This document shows, piece by piece, positions 20,972 to 29,867 of a stretch of 64,000 bases of DNA. Positions within the stretch are counted from its first letter, which is position 1; every line of letters starts with the position of its first letter. Location of the stretch: NCBI GenBank assembly GCA_050950285.1, contig JBMNHG010000002.1, positions 62,001-126,000 of the forward strand. Reading direction: 5' to 3'. The position numbers were made by a program, and so were the translations under genes. A model generated the notes under the pieces. It did not search any database and was not told where the DNA came from. It worked only from the letters and a program-made list of their open reading frames with translations. Source of the stretch: Kiritimatiellia bacterium. Its GTDB lineage: Bacteria; Verrucomicrobiota; Kiritimatiellia; RFP12; JBMNHG01.

Positions 20972-21913
20972 CTATTCCTGGATCGTGACGGGCGTGCCTT
21001 CGGGAACGATCAGGTACAACTCCTCGACATCGCTGTTGCTCATGCGTATGCACCCGGCGCTGGACTGCCGGCCGAGGGACTCCGGCTCCCAGGTCCCGTG
21101 GATGCCGTAGCCGGAGGCGGGCATCGTGTCGCCCGTGGCCTCGATGGCCATCCAGCGGGTGCCGAGGATGTTTTCCTTGTCGCCATAGGGAATCTGGCGA
21201 CCGTCGATGTACCAGATGGGTTCGACCGCCTTCACGGTGATCTTGAAGGTGCCCACGGGGGTGCGTCCGTACTTCCCGGTGCTCACGGTGTAGCGCTTCA
21301 CGAACTTGCCGTCCATCGTAAGAAGCAGGTCGTTGGCGCCCTTCCGAACGACGATGGCGAAGGCGGGATTGTCCAGCAAGCGGAGGCGGTCGCCCACCTG
21401 GATGACGTCCGGGTTGCGAAGCTGGTTGGCCTTGCAGACGAGCTCGATGGTCATGCCGTGCTTGCGGGCGATGGAACGGATCTGGTCGCCGGCGGCAATG
21501 GCGTACTCCACCTTCCCGGGCATGGGGCGGGGGGTGGTCAGCAATTCGATGGAGATCTCGCCCAGGCGCTCCTCGATCTGCTTGCGGGCGGCTGCGGCGC
21601 CGGGATTGTCGAGAAGCGCGAGAAGGGCGTCGCGGGCTTCGACGAGCGCATCGTCGTCCGCGAGACGAAAGGCTTCGTCCAGCCGTGCGCGATGTTCGTC
21701 GGAAAGGGGGGGGGCGGGCGTGGCCACGACCTCCGAAGCGGTTTCGGGATCGCCTTCGGGAGGAGCTTCCTCGCCGGGGACGGATGCGGAAGGGCGCTTG
21801 AGGTAGAGCCAGACGCCACCGGCGAGAACCAGGAGGATCAACACGACCCAAGGCCACCTGGGGCGACCCCGGTAGTCCTTCGCATCGCGTGTCATGATGC
21901 CGTAGTTGGCCAT
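20972..21913 (-). CDS. LysM-containing L,D-transpeptidase (YkuD family)
   Basis: TM anchor, LysM (Y.I.AGD...IARKHG...N.L.NPD.IQVG), YGIHGT....LG..SSAGCIRM. Confidence 0.93.
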   Translation of the reverse strand: MANYGIMTRDAKDYRGRPRWPWVVLILLVLAGGVWLYLKRPSASVPGEEAPPEGDPETASEVVATPAPPLSDEHRARLDEAFRLADDDALVEARDALLALLDNPGAAAARKQIEERLGEISIELLTTPRPMPGKVEYAIAAGDQIRSIARKHGMTIELVCKANQLRNPDVIQVGDRLRLLDNPAFAIVVRKGANDLLLTMDGKFVKRYTVSTGKYGRTPVGTFKITVKAVEPIWYIDGRQIPYGDKENILGTRWMAIEATGDTMPASGYGIHGTWEPESLGRQSSAGCIRMSNSDVEELYLIVPEGTPVTIQE

Positions 21914-22062
21914 AAGGTTCTCCTTTCATCCGCCGGAAGGCGCGCCGGCGCCCCCTGAAACGCACGCGAAGGCGCGCCAGGGTCCCGGTGCGCCTTCGTG
22001 TTTGGATGGACTCGCCATCCTCCGAAAAACAGTCCCCGACGTTGCAGGAAGGCCAAGGTACG

Positions 22063-22971
22063 TCAAGGCGTCGCAGGAGCTGCGGGGGCCTCCGCCACGG
22101 GAACGTTCGAGGCGACCGTCGGGGCGGAAAGGGTGACCGAGCCGCTGATCGCATAGATCGAGGCGGAGGTCTTGCCCACGTAGGTGCCTTCCATCAGGCG
22201 GTTCGAGAGCGTGCCCTGTCCCGCAGTGCCGGTGCCGGACCAGTCGCCCGTGAAGGTGCCTACGAGCTTGACGCTGCCGGAAGAGGCCTCGAAGCTCAAC
22301 CGGATGCTTCCGGACTGCGTTGTGTCGGAGGGGACGTTCGCGGCGGTGATCTGGCCGGAATACGTCACGCCGTTGCTGTCCGCGATGGTAAGCTTGTTGC
22401 CGCTCTGGGAGACGTGGAAGCTGTAGATCATCACGTTGGCTTTGCTGCTGCTCGTGCCGGCGCCGGCGGATCCCTGGATTTCGTAGGTGTAGGCGGCCGT
22501 CACCAGCTCAAGGTTGAAATTGTTGACATTGATCGTCCATGCGCCCGTACCATAGTTGACGGTACCGTTGGCGCCATACGTAGTGTCGCTGGAAACAAGC
22601 ACGCCGGATCCGTTGTCCGTAAAGGAGAGGGTGGCGGGCGTCTGGAACTTGTCGTTCTGCTTGCCTTTGGCGAAAACAGTCACGGAACCTGCGACGGGCG
22701 GATGGCCCAATGTGCCGGAGCGCGAAACGCCGTGGTTTTCATTGCCGACCTTGGCCGTGGAGGTGCCGCCGGGTGCCGTGGCGGTGGCCCCGGGGGAATT
22801 CTGGTTCACGATGGTCCCGCCGCTCGGGCTGCGGTAGGTCCCCGTAAAATCCGCCCAGCTGTAGGAATCGTTCCACGATCCCTCGTCGCCGGACCCGCTC
22901 CAATCACAACCACAGAGAGTAGCAACCGCTGCCAGACCAACCGCAAAGTACAAACCACGCATGGGTGTCAT
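22063..22971 (-). CDS. Ser/Thr/Gly-rich beta-strand lipoprotein, function unknown
   Basis: LCGC lipobox after hydrophobic stretch. The longer ORF-track start overlaps the tRNA and is rejected. Confidence 0.75.
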   Translation of the reverse strand: MTPMRGLYFAVGLAAVATLCGCDWSGSGDEGSWNDSYSWADFTGTYRSPSGGTIVNQNSPGATATAPGGTSTAKVGNENHGVSRSGTLGHPPVAGSVTVFAKGKQNDKFQTPATLSFTDNGSGVLVSSDTTYGANGTVNYGTGAWTINVNNFNLELVTAAYTYEIQGSAGAGTSSSKANVMIYSFHVSQSGNKLTIADSNGVTYSGQITAANVPSDTTQSGSIRLSFEASSGSVKLVGTFTGDWSGTGTAGQGTLSNRLMEGTYVGKTSASIYAISGSVTLSAPTVASNVPVAEAPAAPATP

Positions 22972-23041
22972 CCTTTCGCCCCACGTGTCGAACGCAAACG
23001 CACGTCCGGCAAAATGGAGCTCTGTTTTCGTGTTGAGTGCA

Positions 23042-23071
23042 ACCATATCATGCCACGCCTCGCTGTTGCAA
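23042..23071 (-). promoter_or_regulatory. Putative sigma70 promoter for the lipoprotein gene
   Basis: Minus strand TTGCAA-18 nt-TATGGT with TG extended -10. Confidence 0.4.
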
Positions 23072-23175
23072 GTGGACTTTTCGCTTTCAACCTCGTCGAA
23101 TATCCACCTCGAAAATGGAAATCGGATGGAAATCGGAGCAACGTTGTGGTACGCTTTGAAAAACATCCTTCCCAG

Positions 23176-23251
<76 letters not shown>

Positions 23252-23291
23252 AATCCCCCCTTCCACTTTTTTTCACGTAAGGAGAGCGTCA

Positions 23292-23687
23292 ATGGTTTAC
23301 GAGATGACGGGCACCATGAAGCTGATCATGGAGCCGATGACCTTCAACAGCGGATTCACCAAGCGCGAGTTCGTTCTTCGTGTGGAAGACGGGCGCTATC
23401 CCCAGGAAATCAAGTTCCAGTGCGTGCGCGACCACGTCCATGCTCTCGACGCCTACAAGCCCGGCGACACCGTCCGCGTGCAATTCGAAGTGCGCGGAAA
23501 AGCCTGGAACGAGAAATATTTCGTCGACCTCGAAGCAGTCGCGATGGAGAAGCTCGACGGCGATGGATCCAGCGTAACGATGGACGGGCCTGTTCCCCCG
23601 TCGGACGACGACATGCCCGCGGCCGATGCGCCCGTGGACCCCGTGGACCCCGTGGACAACTTCGCGGACGACGACCTGCCCTTCTGA
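23292..23687 (+). CDS. DUF3127 family OB-fold (SSB-like) protein
   Basis: GFTKREFVL...YPQ.IKF......V.V.F.VRG..WN.KYF..L; acidic DDDLPF tail. Confidence 0.88.
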   Translation: MVYEMTGTMKLIMEPMTFNSGFTKREFVLRVEDGRYPQEIKFQCVRDHVHALDAYKPGDTVRVQFEVRGKAWNEKYFVDLEAVAMEKLDGDGSSVTMDGPVPPSDDDMPAADAPVDPVDPVDNFADDDLPF

Positions 23688-23761
23688 CGTGTGGCGGCAG
23701 CGGGGTGCGCCCTGTCCCCGGACGGGGTTCGACGCGCCCTCCTTCCCGCCGTGAAATCCGC

Positions 23762-24631
23762 ATGGCCGCTCGCGTGAATGAGCTGGGCGACGTAGTCGCC
23801 GCCGCCGTCGGCTATCTCGCCCGCCGCGGCATCGAAGATGCGCGTGTGGCCAGCGAATGGCTCGTGGCGGAGCGGTGCAGCATCCCGAGGCTCGAACTCC
23901 CGCTCCACCGGGCGCAGGTGCTTTCCGACGCCTTGCTCGACCGCCTCCGTGACGACGTCCTTCGTCTGGGACGAGGCGAGCCGTTGCAATATCTCCTCGG
24001 TTCCGCCAGCTTCCGCGGCCATGTCTTCCGCTGCGACCCCCGCGCCCTCATCCCGCGTCCGGAAACCGAGGAGCTCGTCCAGCTCTGCCTCGACGAGCCG
24101 TCTTTGCGCGAACTCGCCGCCCCGCGTTTCGCGGACATCGGCACCGGCACGGGCTGCATTGCGGCGAGCCTCGTCCTGGAGTGTCCCGATGCGCACTGCG
24201 TGGCGGTGGACTGCAGTGCCGACGCCCTCGACCTCGCCCGTAAAAACGCCGCGGCGCTCGGTGTCTCCGGCCGCATCGAGTTTCGGATCGGCATCGGTGC
24301 CGCCGGACTGCCCGCGGGTTCGTGCGACGCCATCGTCTCCAACCCCCCCTACATCCCGAGCGGCGCCATCCCCGGCCTTCCGCGAAACGTCCGGGACCAC
24401 GAGCCCCGTCTTGCGCTTGACGGCGGCGCGGATGGCCTGGACGTCGCACGCGACATCGCGCGCGACGCGGTCATCGCCCTGCGCAAGGGAGGATGGCTCT
24501 TCTTCGAACTCGGCGAAGACCAACCCCGGCCCATGCTCGACATCCTCGAAGACCTGGGGTTCGACGCCCGTTCCGCCCATCGCGACCTGTCGGGCGTGGA
24601 ACGTTTCGTGAAGGCGCGTTTCCCCGGATAG
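23762..24631 (+). CDS. prmC: Release factor glutamine methyltransferase
   Basis: GEPLQYLLG, LIPRPETEELV, DIGTGTGCIA, VSNPPYI, ALDGGADGL. Confidence 0.95.
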   Translation: MAARVNELGDVVAAAVGYLARRGIEDARVASEWLVAERCSIPRLELPLHRAQVLSDALLDRLRDDVLRLGRGEPLQYLLGSASFRGHVFRCDPRALIPRPETEELVQLCLDEPSLRELAAPRFADIGTGTGCIAASLVLECPDAHCVAVDCSADALDLARKNAAALGVSGRIEFRIGIGAAGLPAGSCDAIVSNPPYIPSGAIPGLPRNVRDHEPRLALDGGADGLDVARDIARDAVIALRKGGWLFFELGEDQPRPMLDILEDLGFDARSAHRDLSGVERFVKARFPG

Positions 24632-24642
24632 GCGCAAAGGCC

Positions 24643-25521
24643 ATGCAACCCTGGATCCCCCTCATCCTTTCCTCGGCCTTCCTGCTCTCGGTCTACGACA
24701 TCGCGAAGAAGCGCGGCGTCACGGGCAACAGCGTCTTCCCCGTGCTCTTCATCTCCACCGGAAGCGGCTTCGTGGCGCTATGCATCGCGTTGCTCGCCCG
24801 CGGAACGTTCGTCGCCACCGTCTGCATCGAGCCGGCCCGAATCGGAGCGATCCTCTGCAAGTCGCTCGTGCTCCTCGTTTCCTGGACCAGCACCTTTCTC
24901 GCGCTGAAGGCCCTGCCCATCTCCATCGTGGCCCCGATCCGATCGACCTCGCCGCTCTGGACCTTCCTCGGGGCTTTGCTGCTCTACCGCGAACGCCCCT
25001 CCCCCGCGCAATACGCGGGCATCGCGCTCACCCTTGCGGGGTGCTGGCTCTTCTCGCTCGCCGGAAAGGCGGAAGGCCTCTCCGTCTTCCGCGACCGTCG
25101 CGTGGCCCATGCCTTTGTGGCGGCGATTTCGGGCGCGGTCTCGGCACTGCTCGACAAGTGGCTCCTGCAGCATCTCGGGCTCCAGCCGGAAACCGTGCTT
25201 TTCTGGTACATGGGCGGCCTCGCCGTCGCCTACGGCGTGCTCTGCATCGGGCGCCACGCCCTGCACATGGGCCGCACGCGCTTCGAGTGGCGCTGGGTGA
25301 TCCCCTGCATCGGCGTTCTGCTGGTGCTGTCGGACGGGCTCTTCTTCCAGGCCCTCTCCGCACCCGGCACACCCATCTCCATCCTGTCGCCAATCCGCCG
25401 TTCCAGCGTGATCTTCACCTTCCTCGTCGGCGGCGCCATCTTCAACGAGACCAACCTCCGACGGAAAGGCATCGCCCTGGCCTTCATCCTCGCGGGCGTA
25501 CTGCTGCTCTGCCTTTCGTAG
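24643..25521 (+). CDS. EamA/DMT family transporter
   Basis: About 10 TM segments in two repeats; ALKALPISIVAPI, ISILSPIRRSSV. Confidence 0.85.
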   Translation: MQPWIPLILSSAFLLSVYDIAKKRGVTGNSVFPVLFISTGSGFVALCIALLARGTFVATVCIEPARIGAILCKSLVLLVSWTSTFLALKALPISIVAPIRSTSPLWTFLGALLLYRERPSPAQYAGIALTLAGCWLFSLAGKAEGLSVFRDRRVAHAFVAAISGAVSALLDKWLLQHLGLQPETVLFWYMGGLAVAYGVLCIGRHALHMGRTRFEWRWVIPCIGVLLVLSDGLFFQALSAPGTPISILSPIRRSSVIFTFLVGGAIFNETNLRRKGIALAFILAGVLLLCLS

Positions 25522-25873
25522 GAGAGTGCCTCCACGCTTCTCCTTGCGCAGCGCAAAGCGTCTGGCGAACGAAGGGGCTGGAGACCGACACCGGAGTTCC
25601 GCGTTGCCCCGTGCGCGCTACCGCATGAAAAGGATGGTTCCGGGAGGCGGAACCGCCAGCCCGCTCACGCGCACTTCGTTGGCCTCCTTGTCCACGGCGA
25701 CCACGCCGCCACGCCATTCGCTGGCGCCATAGTCCAGCACGAAAAAATCAACGGCGAAGCAGAGGCTGCCTCTTTCCGCTTGCCCCCATCCCCCCGAAGG
25801 ACTACCCTATGGCCAACGGCATCTGCTTCTTGCCGCGATGCTCAATCACACCGTTGCCCACAGGAGATGAGAA

Positions 25874-26299
25874 GTGAAGAGAATAGGCTGTCTGGCTTGT
25901 GCAGTTGCTCTCTGGGCTGCCCAGGGCTGTGTCGTTATTAGTGGGCCGTTTTCGGAAGAAACCCATTTAAAGTATACAAATGAGCGCTTGGGTTTTGTTA
26001 CGAGGGATCTGTGGGACAAGACCGATGCAAAGGAGCGCATCTGCATTGATGCCGGCACGACAACAGAGGAAGACCTCCAAGAACGGGGTGTTGATTACCA
26101 GGTTTACGAGAGTCCGTTCGGCAAAACATATCTGATCGAGAAAACAGCCTACGAAAAGATGAAAAATTATTCGCTCAGGACGTTGGGCACTCCCTTTACT
26201 CTTGCGGCGGATGCGACTATTTGTGTTGTCGTAGCGACTGTCGACCAGTTGGACGATATTTTGTTTGAGCTGTTGCTCGGCTGTCTTCGACCTCATTGA
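25874..26299 (+). CDS. Hypothetical lipoprotein (low GC)
   Basis: GTG start, AQGC lipobox; TPFTLAAD C-terminal motif; visibly lower GC than flanks. Confidence 0.6.
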   Translation: MKRIGCLACAVALWAAQGCVVISGPFSEETHLKYTNERLGFVTRDLWDKTDAKERICIDAGTTTEEDLQERGVDYQVYESPFGKTYLIEKTAYEKMKNYSLRTLGTPFTLAADATICVVVATVDQLDDILFELLLGCLRPH

Positions 26300-26502
26300 T
26301 ACGGCCCGAGAGGCGGCACCGCTACGACGCACGGTGTGCGCTGCGGGCCGTCCGCACGAAACATCCCGATAAAGAAGAAAGCGTGTCGTTCGAACCATGA
26401 CGACACCAAGGACAGCACACCGCCCGCCCGGACAGAACAGGACTTCCCCGGGAAAGTCCCGGATCGTTGAAGAGTTCCGCATCCCGTTCTATACTACTCG
26501 AC

Positions 26503-27678
26503 ATGAACATCCCCTTTTCCTCCCGCCAGACGCAAGTCATCACAACCTCCGTCACCATCGTGCTGCTTCTTCTCGCGCTGGCGTCCGGATGGTTCATCCT
26601 CACCCGGCTCATCGCTTTCCTCGGCAAACACTCGAACGTCCTGCTGCCCCCCGTCGTCGCCATCGTGCTCGCGATGGTCCTCAAGCCGCTTTATCTCTGG
26701 ATGGAACGCTTCTTCCGCGGACATCGCATCCCGGCCGTCACAGCCACCATCATCGTCGCCTTCATTCCCGTAGTGCTCTTCCTCTGGCTTTGCGGGAATC
26801 TCCTCGCCAACCAAGGTCTCCGCTTCCTCGAATACCTTCCGACCCTCCAGGCAAACGTCGAGAACTTCTTCGCCAGACGCTTTCCCGAAGTCAACGCTTT
26901 CATCGAAGCCAACGGCTATCGCGCCTTCTTTCTCAAGTTTCTCAACCTGCAGGAATGGATCGGCGTCCTCCGTCCGGCCGGCGGCACCGCCATGACCATC
27001 GGCTCCCATGTCCTCCGCACCGTCTCCTCCTTCCTCGGATGGATCGTCCTCCCGGTCTATACCGCCTGCTTCCTCGCCACGAGCCCTCTGGGCGGCAAGG
27101 ATGTCAGCCGCCTCCTGGCCTTCATCTCCGACTCCGCCATCCGCAGCCGCATCGCCTATCTCGTCGACACCTTCCTGGAGTGCATCGTCGTCTTCTTCCG
27201 CGGACAGATTCTCGTCGCGTTCATCCAGGGAGTCCTTTTCGGCATCGGTTTCCAGGTCGTCGGTCTCTCCTATGGCTTCTTTGTCGGCTTCCTGCTCGGA
27301 ATCCTCAACATCGTCCCGTACCTCGGCAACATTCTGGGGCTGTCCATCACCATTCCCCTCGCCTGGATCGGCCCCGGCGGCAGTTTCCTCCTGGTCCTAA
27401 AAGTCATCGCCGTCTTCTGCGCCGTCCAGATGCTCGAAAGCTACGTCATCACGCCGCGCGTCATGGGCAACCGGACCGGACTCTCCAGTGCCGGGATCAT
27501 CTTCTCCCTGTTCTTCTGGAGCTCTGTCATCGGAGGCATCCTCGGCGTGATCCTCGCCATTCCCCTGAGCGCGTTTCTGGTCGCCGTCTGGCGAACCCTT
27601 TTTGGACGCAACATGGCTCCGCCTCCTGAATCCGGCGACCGTCCCCCGGCCGGCGACGCCCCGGACGCTTCCGCCTAG
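26503..27678 (+). CDS. AI-2E (PerM/TqsA) family transporter
   Basis: Multiple TMs; FFRGQILVA, LNIVPYLG, VQMLESYVITPRVMG, GGILGVILAIP. Confidence 0.92.
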   Translation: MNIPFSSRQTQVITTSVTIVLLLLALASGWFILTRLIAFLGKHSNVLLPPVVAIVLAMVLKPLYLWMERFFRGHRIPAVTATIIVAFIPVVLFLWLCGNLLANQGLRFLEYLPTLQANVENFFARRFPEVNAFIEANGYRAFFLKFLNLQEWIGVLRPAGGTAMTIGSHVLRTVSSFLGWIVLPVYTACFLATSPLGGKDVSRLLAFISDSAIRSRIAYLVDTFLECIVVFFRGQILVAFIQGVLFGIGFQVVGLSYGFFVGFLLGILNIVPYLGNILGLSITIPLAWIGPGGSFLLVLKVIAVFCAVQMLESYVITPRVMGNRTGLSSAGIIFSLFFWSSVIGGILGVILAIPLSAFLVAVWRTLFGRNMAPPPESGDRPPAGDAPDASA

Positions 27679-27809
27679 CTGCGCCCGCGAACTTGCCCGC
27701 ATCGGCTTCGGCGGACATGCCGCCGGCGGCGCGAGTGCCGGCGGACCCGGACCCCCGATGCGGAACGCATTGCCCGGGAGAACGGGTTTTGATATGGTTT
27801 GCGAACGTC

Positions 27810-28643
27810 ATGAAGACCTCCCCCCTCGATGAGTTCCACCTTGTCCTTGCCTCGAAAGACGGCTATGCCTCTCCCGGACAGGCCCGTCCGCCCCGGCGTC
27901 CGCGCGGGGCATGGGTCTCGTTGCGCTTCCACCTCGGAGGAACGGTCCGCACCTCCATCCTGGGCGGCAAGGAGGCAATCCTCCGCCGCCTGACCCCCCG
28001 CCGGGTCGCGGAAATCTCCCTCGGAATGCTCCGCGCCCTCGAACGGCAAGGCGTGCGCTTCCGCATCGAGGGGTTCGACCGGCTCGCCAACGCCCCGGGC
28101 CCGCGCGTCTACGTGGCGAACCACATGAGCCTTGTCGAGACCATGATCCTCCCGTCCGTGCTGCTCGCCTTTGGCGACCTGTCCGTCGTAGCCAAGAAAA
28201 GCCTGGCGAAATACCCCTTCTTCGGGCAGGCCATGAAGGGCGTGGGGGCCATCCTGGTCTCCCGAGAAAACCCCAAGCGGGACTTGCACGACGTCCTGGA
28301 GCAAGGTACGGCGTTCCTGAAAGAAGGACGCAGCGTGCTGCTTTTCCCCCAGGCCAAGCGAGCCATTGTCTTCCAGCCAAAGGAATTCAATTCGCTCGGC
28401 GTGAAACTCGCCCGGAAGGCGGGCGTCCTGCTCACCCCGATCGCCTTGCGGACGGATGTCGCGCCCCCTGGAAAAACCGCCCTGCTGCGCGACTTCGGCC
28501 CCGTGGACCTGTCGAACGAAGTCCGCTTCCGGTGCGGCCCGGATCTCGATCCGGCTTCCGCTTCGCCCGGAGAAGTGCTCGACGCCGCGCGCGACTTCAT
28601 TTCGTCCACGCTTTCGGGCTGGGGGCTTCCGGTCGGAGAGTGA
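27810..28643 (+). CDS. Lysophospholipid acyltransferase (PlsC family)
   Basis: ANHMSLVET, VAKKSL.KYPFFG, LLFPQAKR. Confidence 0.85.
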   Translation: MKTSPLDEFHLVLASKDGYASPGQARPPRRPRGAWVSLRFHLGGTVRTSILGGKEAILRRLTPRRVAEISLGMLRALERQGVRFRIEGFDRLANAPGPRVYVANHMSLVETMILPSVLLAFGDLSVVAKKSLAKYPFFGQAMKGVGAILVSRENPKRDLHDVLEQGTAFLKEGRSVLLFPQAKRAIVFQPKEFNSLGVKLARKAGVLLTPIALRTDVAPPGKTALLRDFGPVDLSNEVRFRCGPDLDPASASPGEVLDAARDFISSTLSGWGLPVGE

Positions 28644-28647
28644 CGCG

Positions 28648-29730
28648 ATGGCCCGCCTCCGTCCTGCGTTCCTTGGCCTCCTGGCAGTCCTTCTCGCCGG
28701 AGTGGCGTGGCGGGCCGACGAAACGTCGCGGCGGCTTCGGGCCGAACGCGACCGGATCGGCGGCGAGCCCGGCGCGGCCGCCGTCTCCCGCCCCTCCATC
28801 CTCGCCTCCTACGTGACGGTCGGCCTCGCCGGCTTCCGCGGCATCGTAGCCGAAGCGCTCTGGCTGCGCGCGGCGTGGCTCCAGGACCGCGGGCGCTACC
28901 TCGAACTCGTGCAGCTCGCCGAATGGATCTGCGCCCTCGACCCCAAGTCGGCAGACGCCTGGACCTTCCAAGCCTGGAATCTCGCCTACAACGTGAGCTC
29001 CGTGCTTCCCCGCGCCCGCGACCGCTGGCGCTGGGTGGAACACGGCGTGTCGCTCCTGCGCGACCGCGCCATCCCGATGAATCCGGACGATCCCCGCCTC
29101 TACCGCGAACTGGGCTGGCTCTTCCAGAACAAGATCGGCTCCTACGACCTCGACCGCGCCCACGCCACCTACAAGCTCTCCCTGCTTGCCCAGGTCGCGC
29201 CGTTCCTGGATCCGGACGGTTCGGCGCCCGCCGCCGGATCGGCGCAGGAGACCGGACTCCGCGACACGCTGCGCCTCGACGCCGCCTCCATGCGCACCCT
29301 CGAGGAACGCTACGGCCCGATCGACTGGCGCATCCCCGAATCGCACGCCCTCTACTGGGCGACGAAGGCCCTCGCCCTCGCCCCCGCCCGCAGTTTCGAG
29401 GAACAGGCCGCCCTCCGCATGATCCACCAATCCCTCGTCGCGCTGGTCGGCCGCGGCTCGTTCTGCGGCGACCTCTCGAAAGGCCGCTGGGAGGCCCGCG
29501 CGAACTTCGCGCTGATCCCCGGCACCTGCGCCGCATTCGAGAAGGAGATCGCCGGGCGGCCTGCCTCGGGGAACCAAACCGCCTACGCGGCCTTCCTCCT
29601 GGATGCGGCGCGCCACCTCAAGCCCGTCAACGAGAATGCGGCGCGCCTCTACTACAGCCGGATCCAGTCGCTCGATCTGCCGGATCTCCCCATCCCGCCA
29701 TTCGAGTCGCTTGGCCGGGACGAGCCATGA
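28648..29730 (+). CDS. Conserved hypothetical helical protein with N-terminal membrane anchor
   Basis: GFRGIVA..LW, W.FQAWNLAYNVS, LYRELGW.FQNKIG; codon usage typical of real genes here. Confidence 0.7.
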   Translation: MARLRPAFLGLLAVLLAGVAWRADETSRRLRAERDRIGGEPGAAAVSRPSILASYVTVGLAGFRGIVAEALWLRAAWLQDRGRYLELVQLAEWICALDPKSADAWTFQAWNLAYNVSSVLPRARDRWRWVEHGVSLLRDRAIPMNPDDPRLYRELGWLFQNKIGSYDLDRAHATYKLSLLAQVAPFLDPDGSAPAAGSAQETGLRDTLRLDAASMRTLEERYGPIDWRIPESHALYWATKALALAPARSFEEQAALRMIHQSLVALVGRGSFCGDLSKGRWEARANFALIPGTCAAFEKEIAGRPASGNQTAYAAFLLDAARHLKPVNENAARLYYSRIQSLDLPDLPIPPFESLGRDEP

Positions 29731-29867
29731 CCCGGCCATGGCGCGGCCGTCCATCCTCCCGCGAACGCCCCGACGAACGCCAACGTCCGCTCCCGCAACA
29801 CCGCCCGCGAATTCCTTGACGGCCCCGTGGCGGCCGTGGGCCGCCCCCGCGTGCCGGGCTCCTTCCG

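Noticed and set aside
23631..23657. 9-bp tandem repeat (CCCGTGGAC x3)
   Set aside because: In-frame PVD repeat in the disordered acidic tail of the DUF3127 protein; not CRISPR-like.
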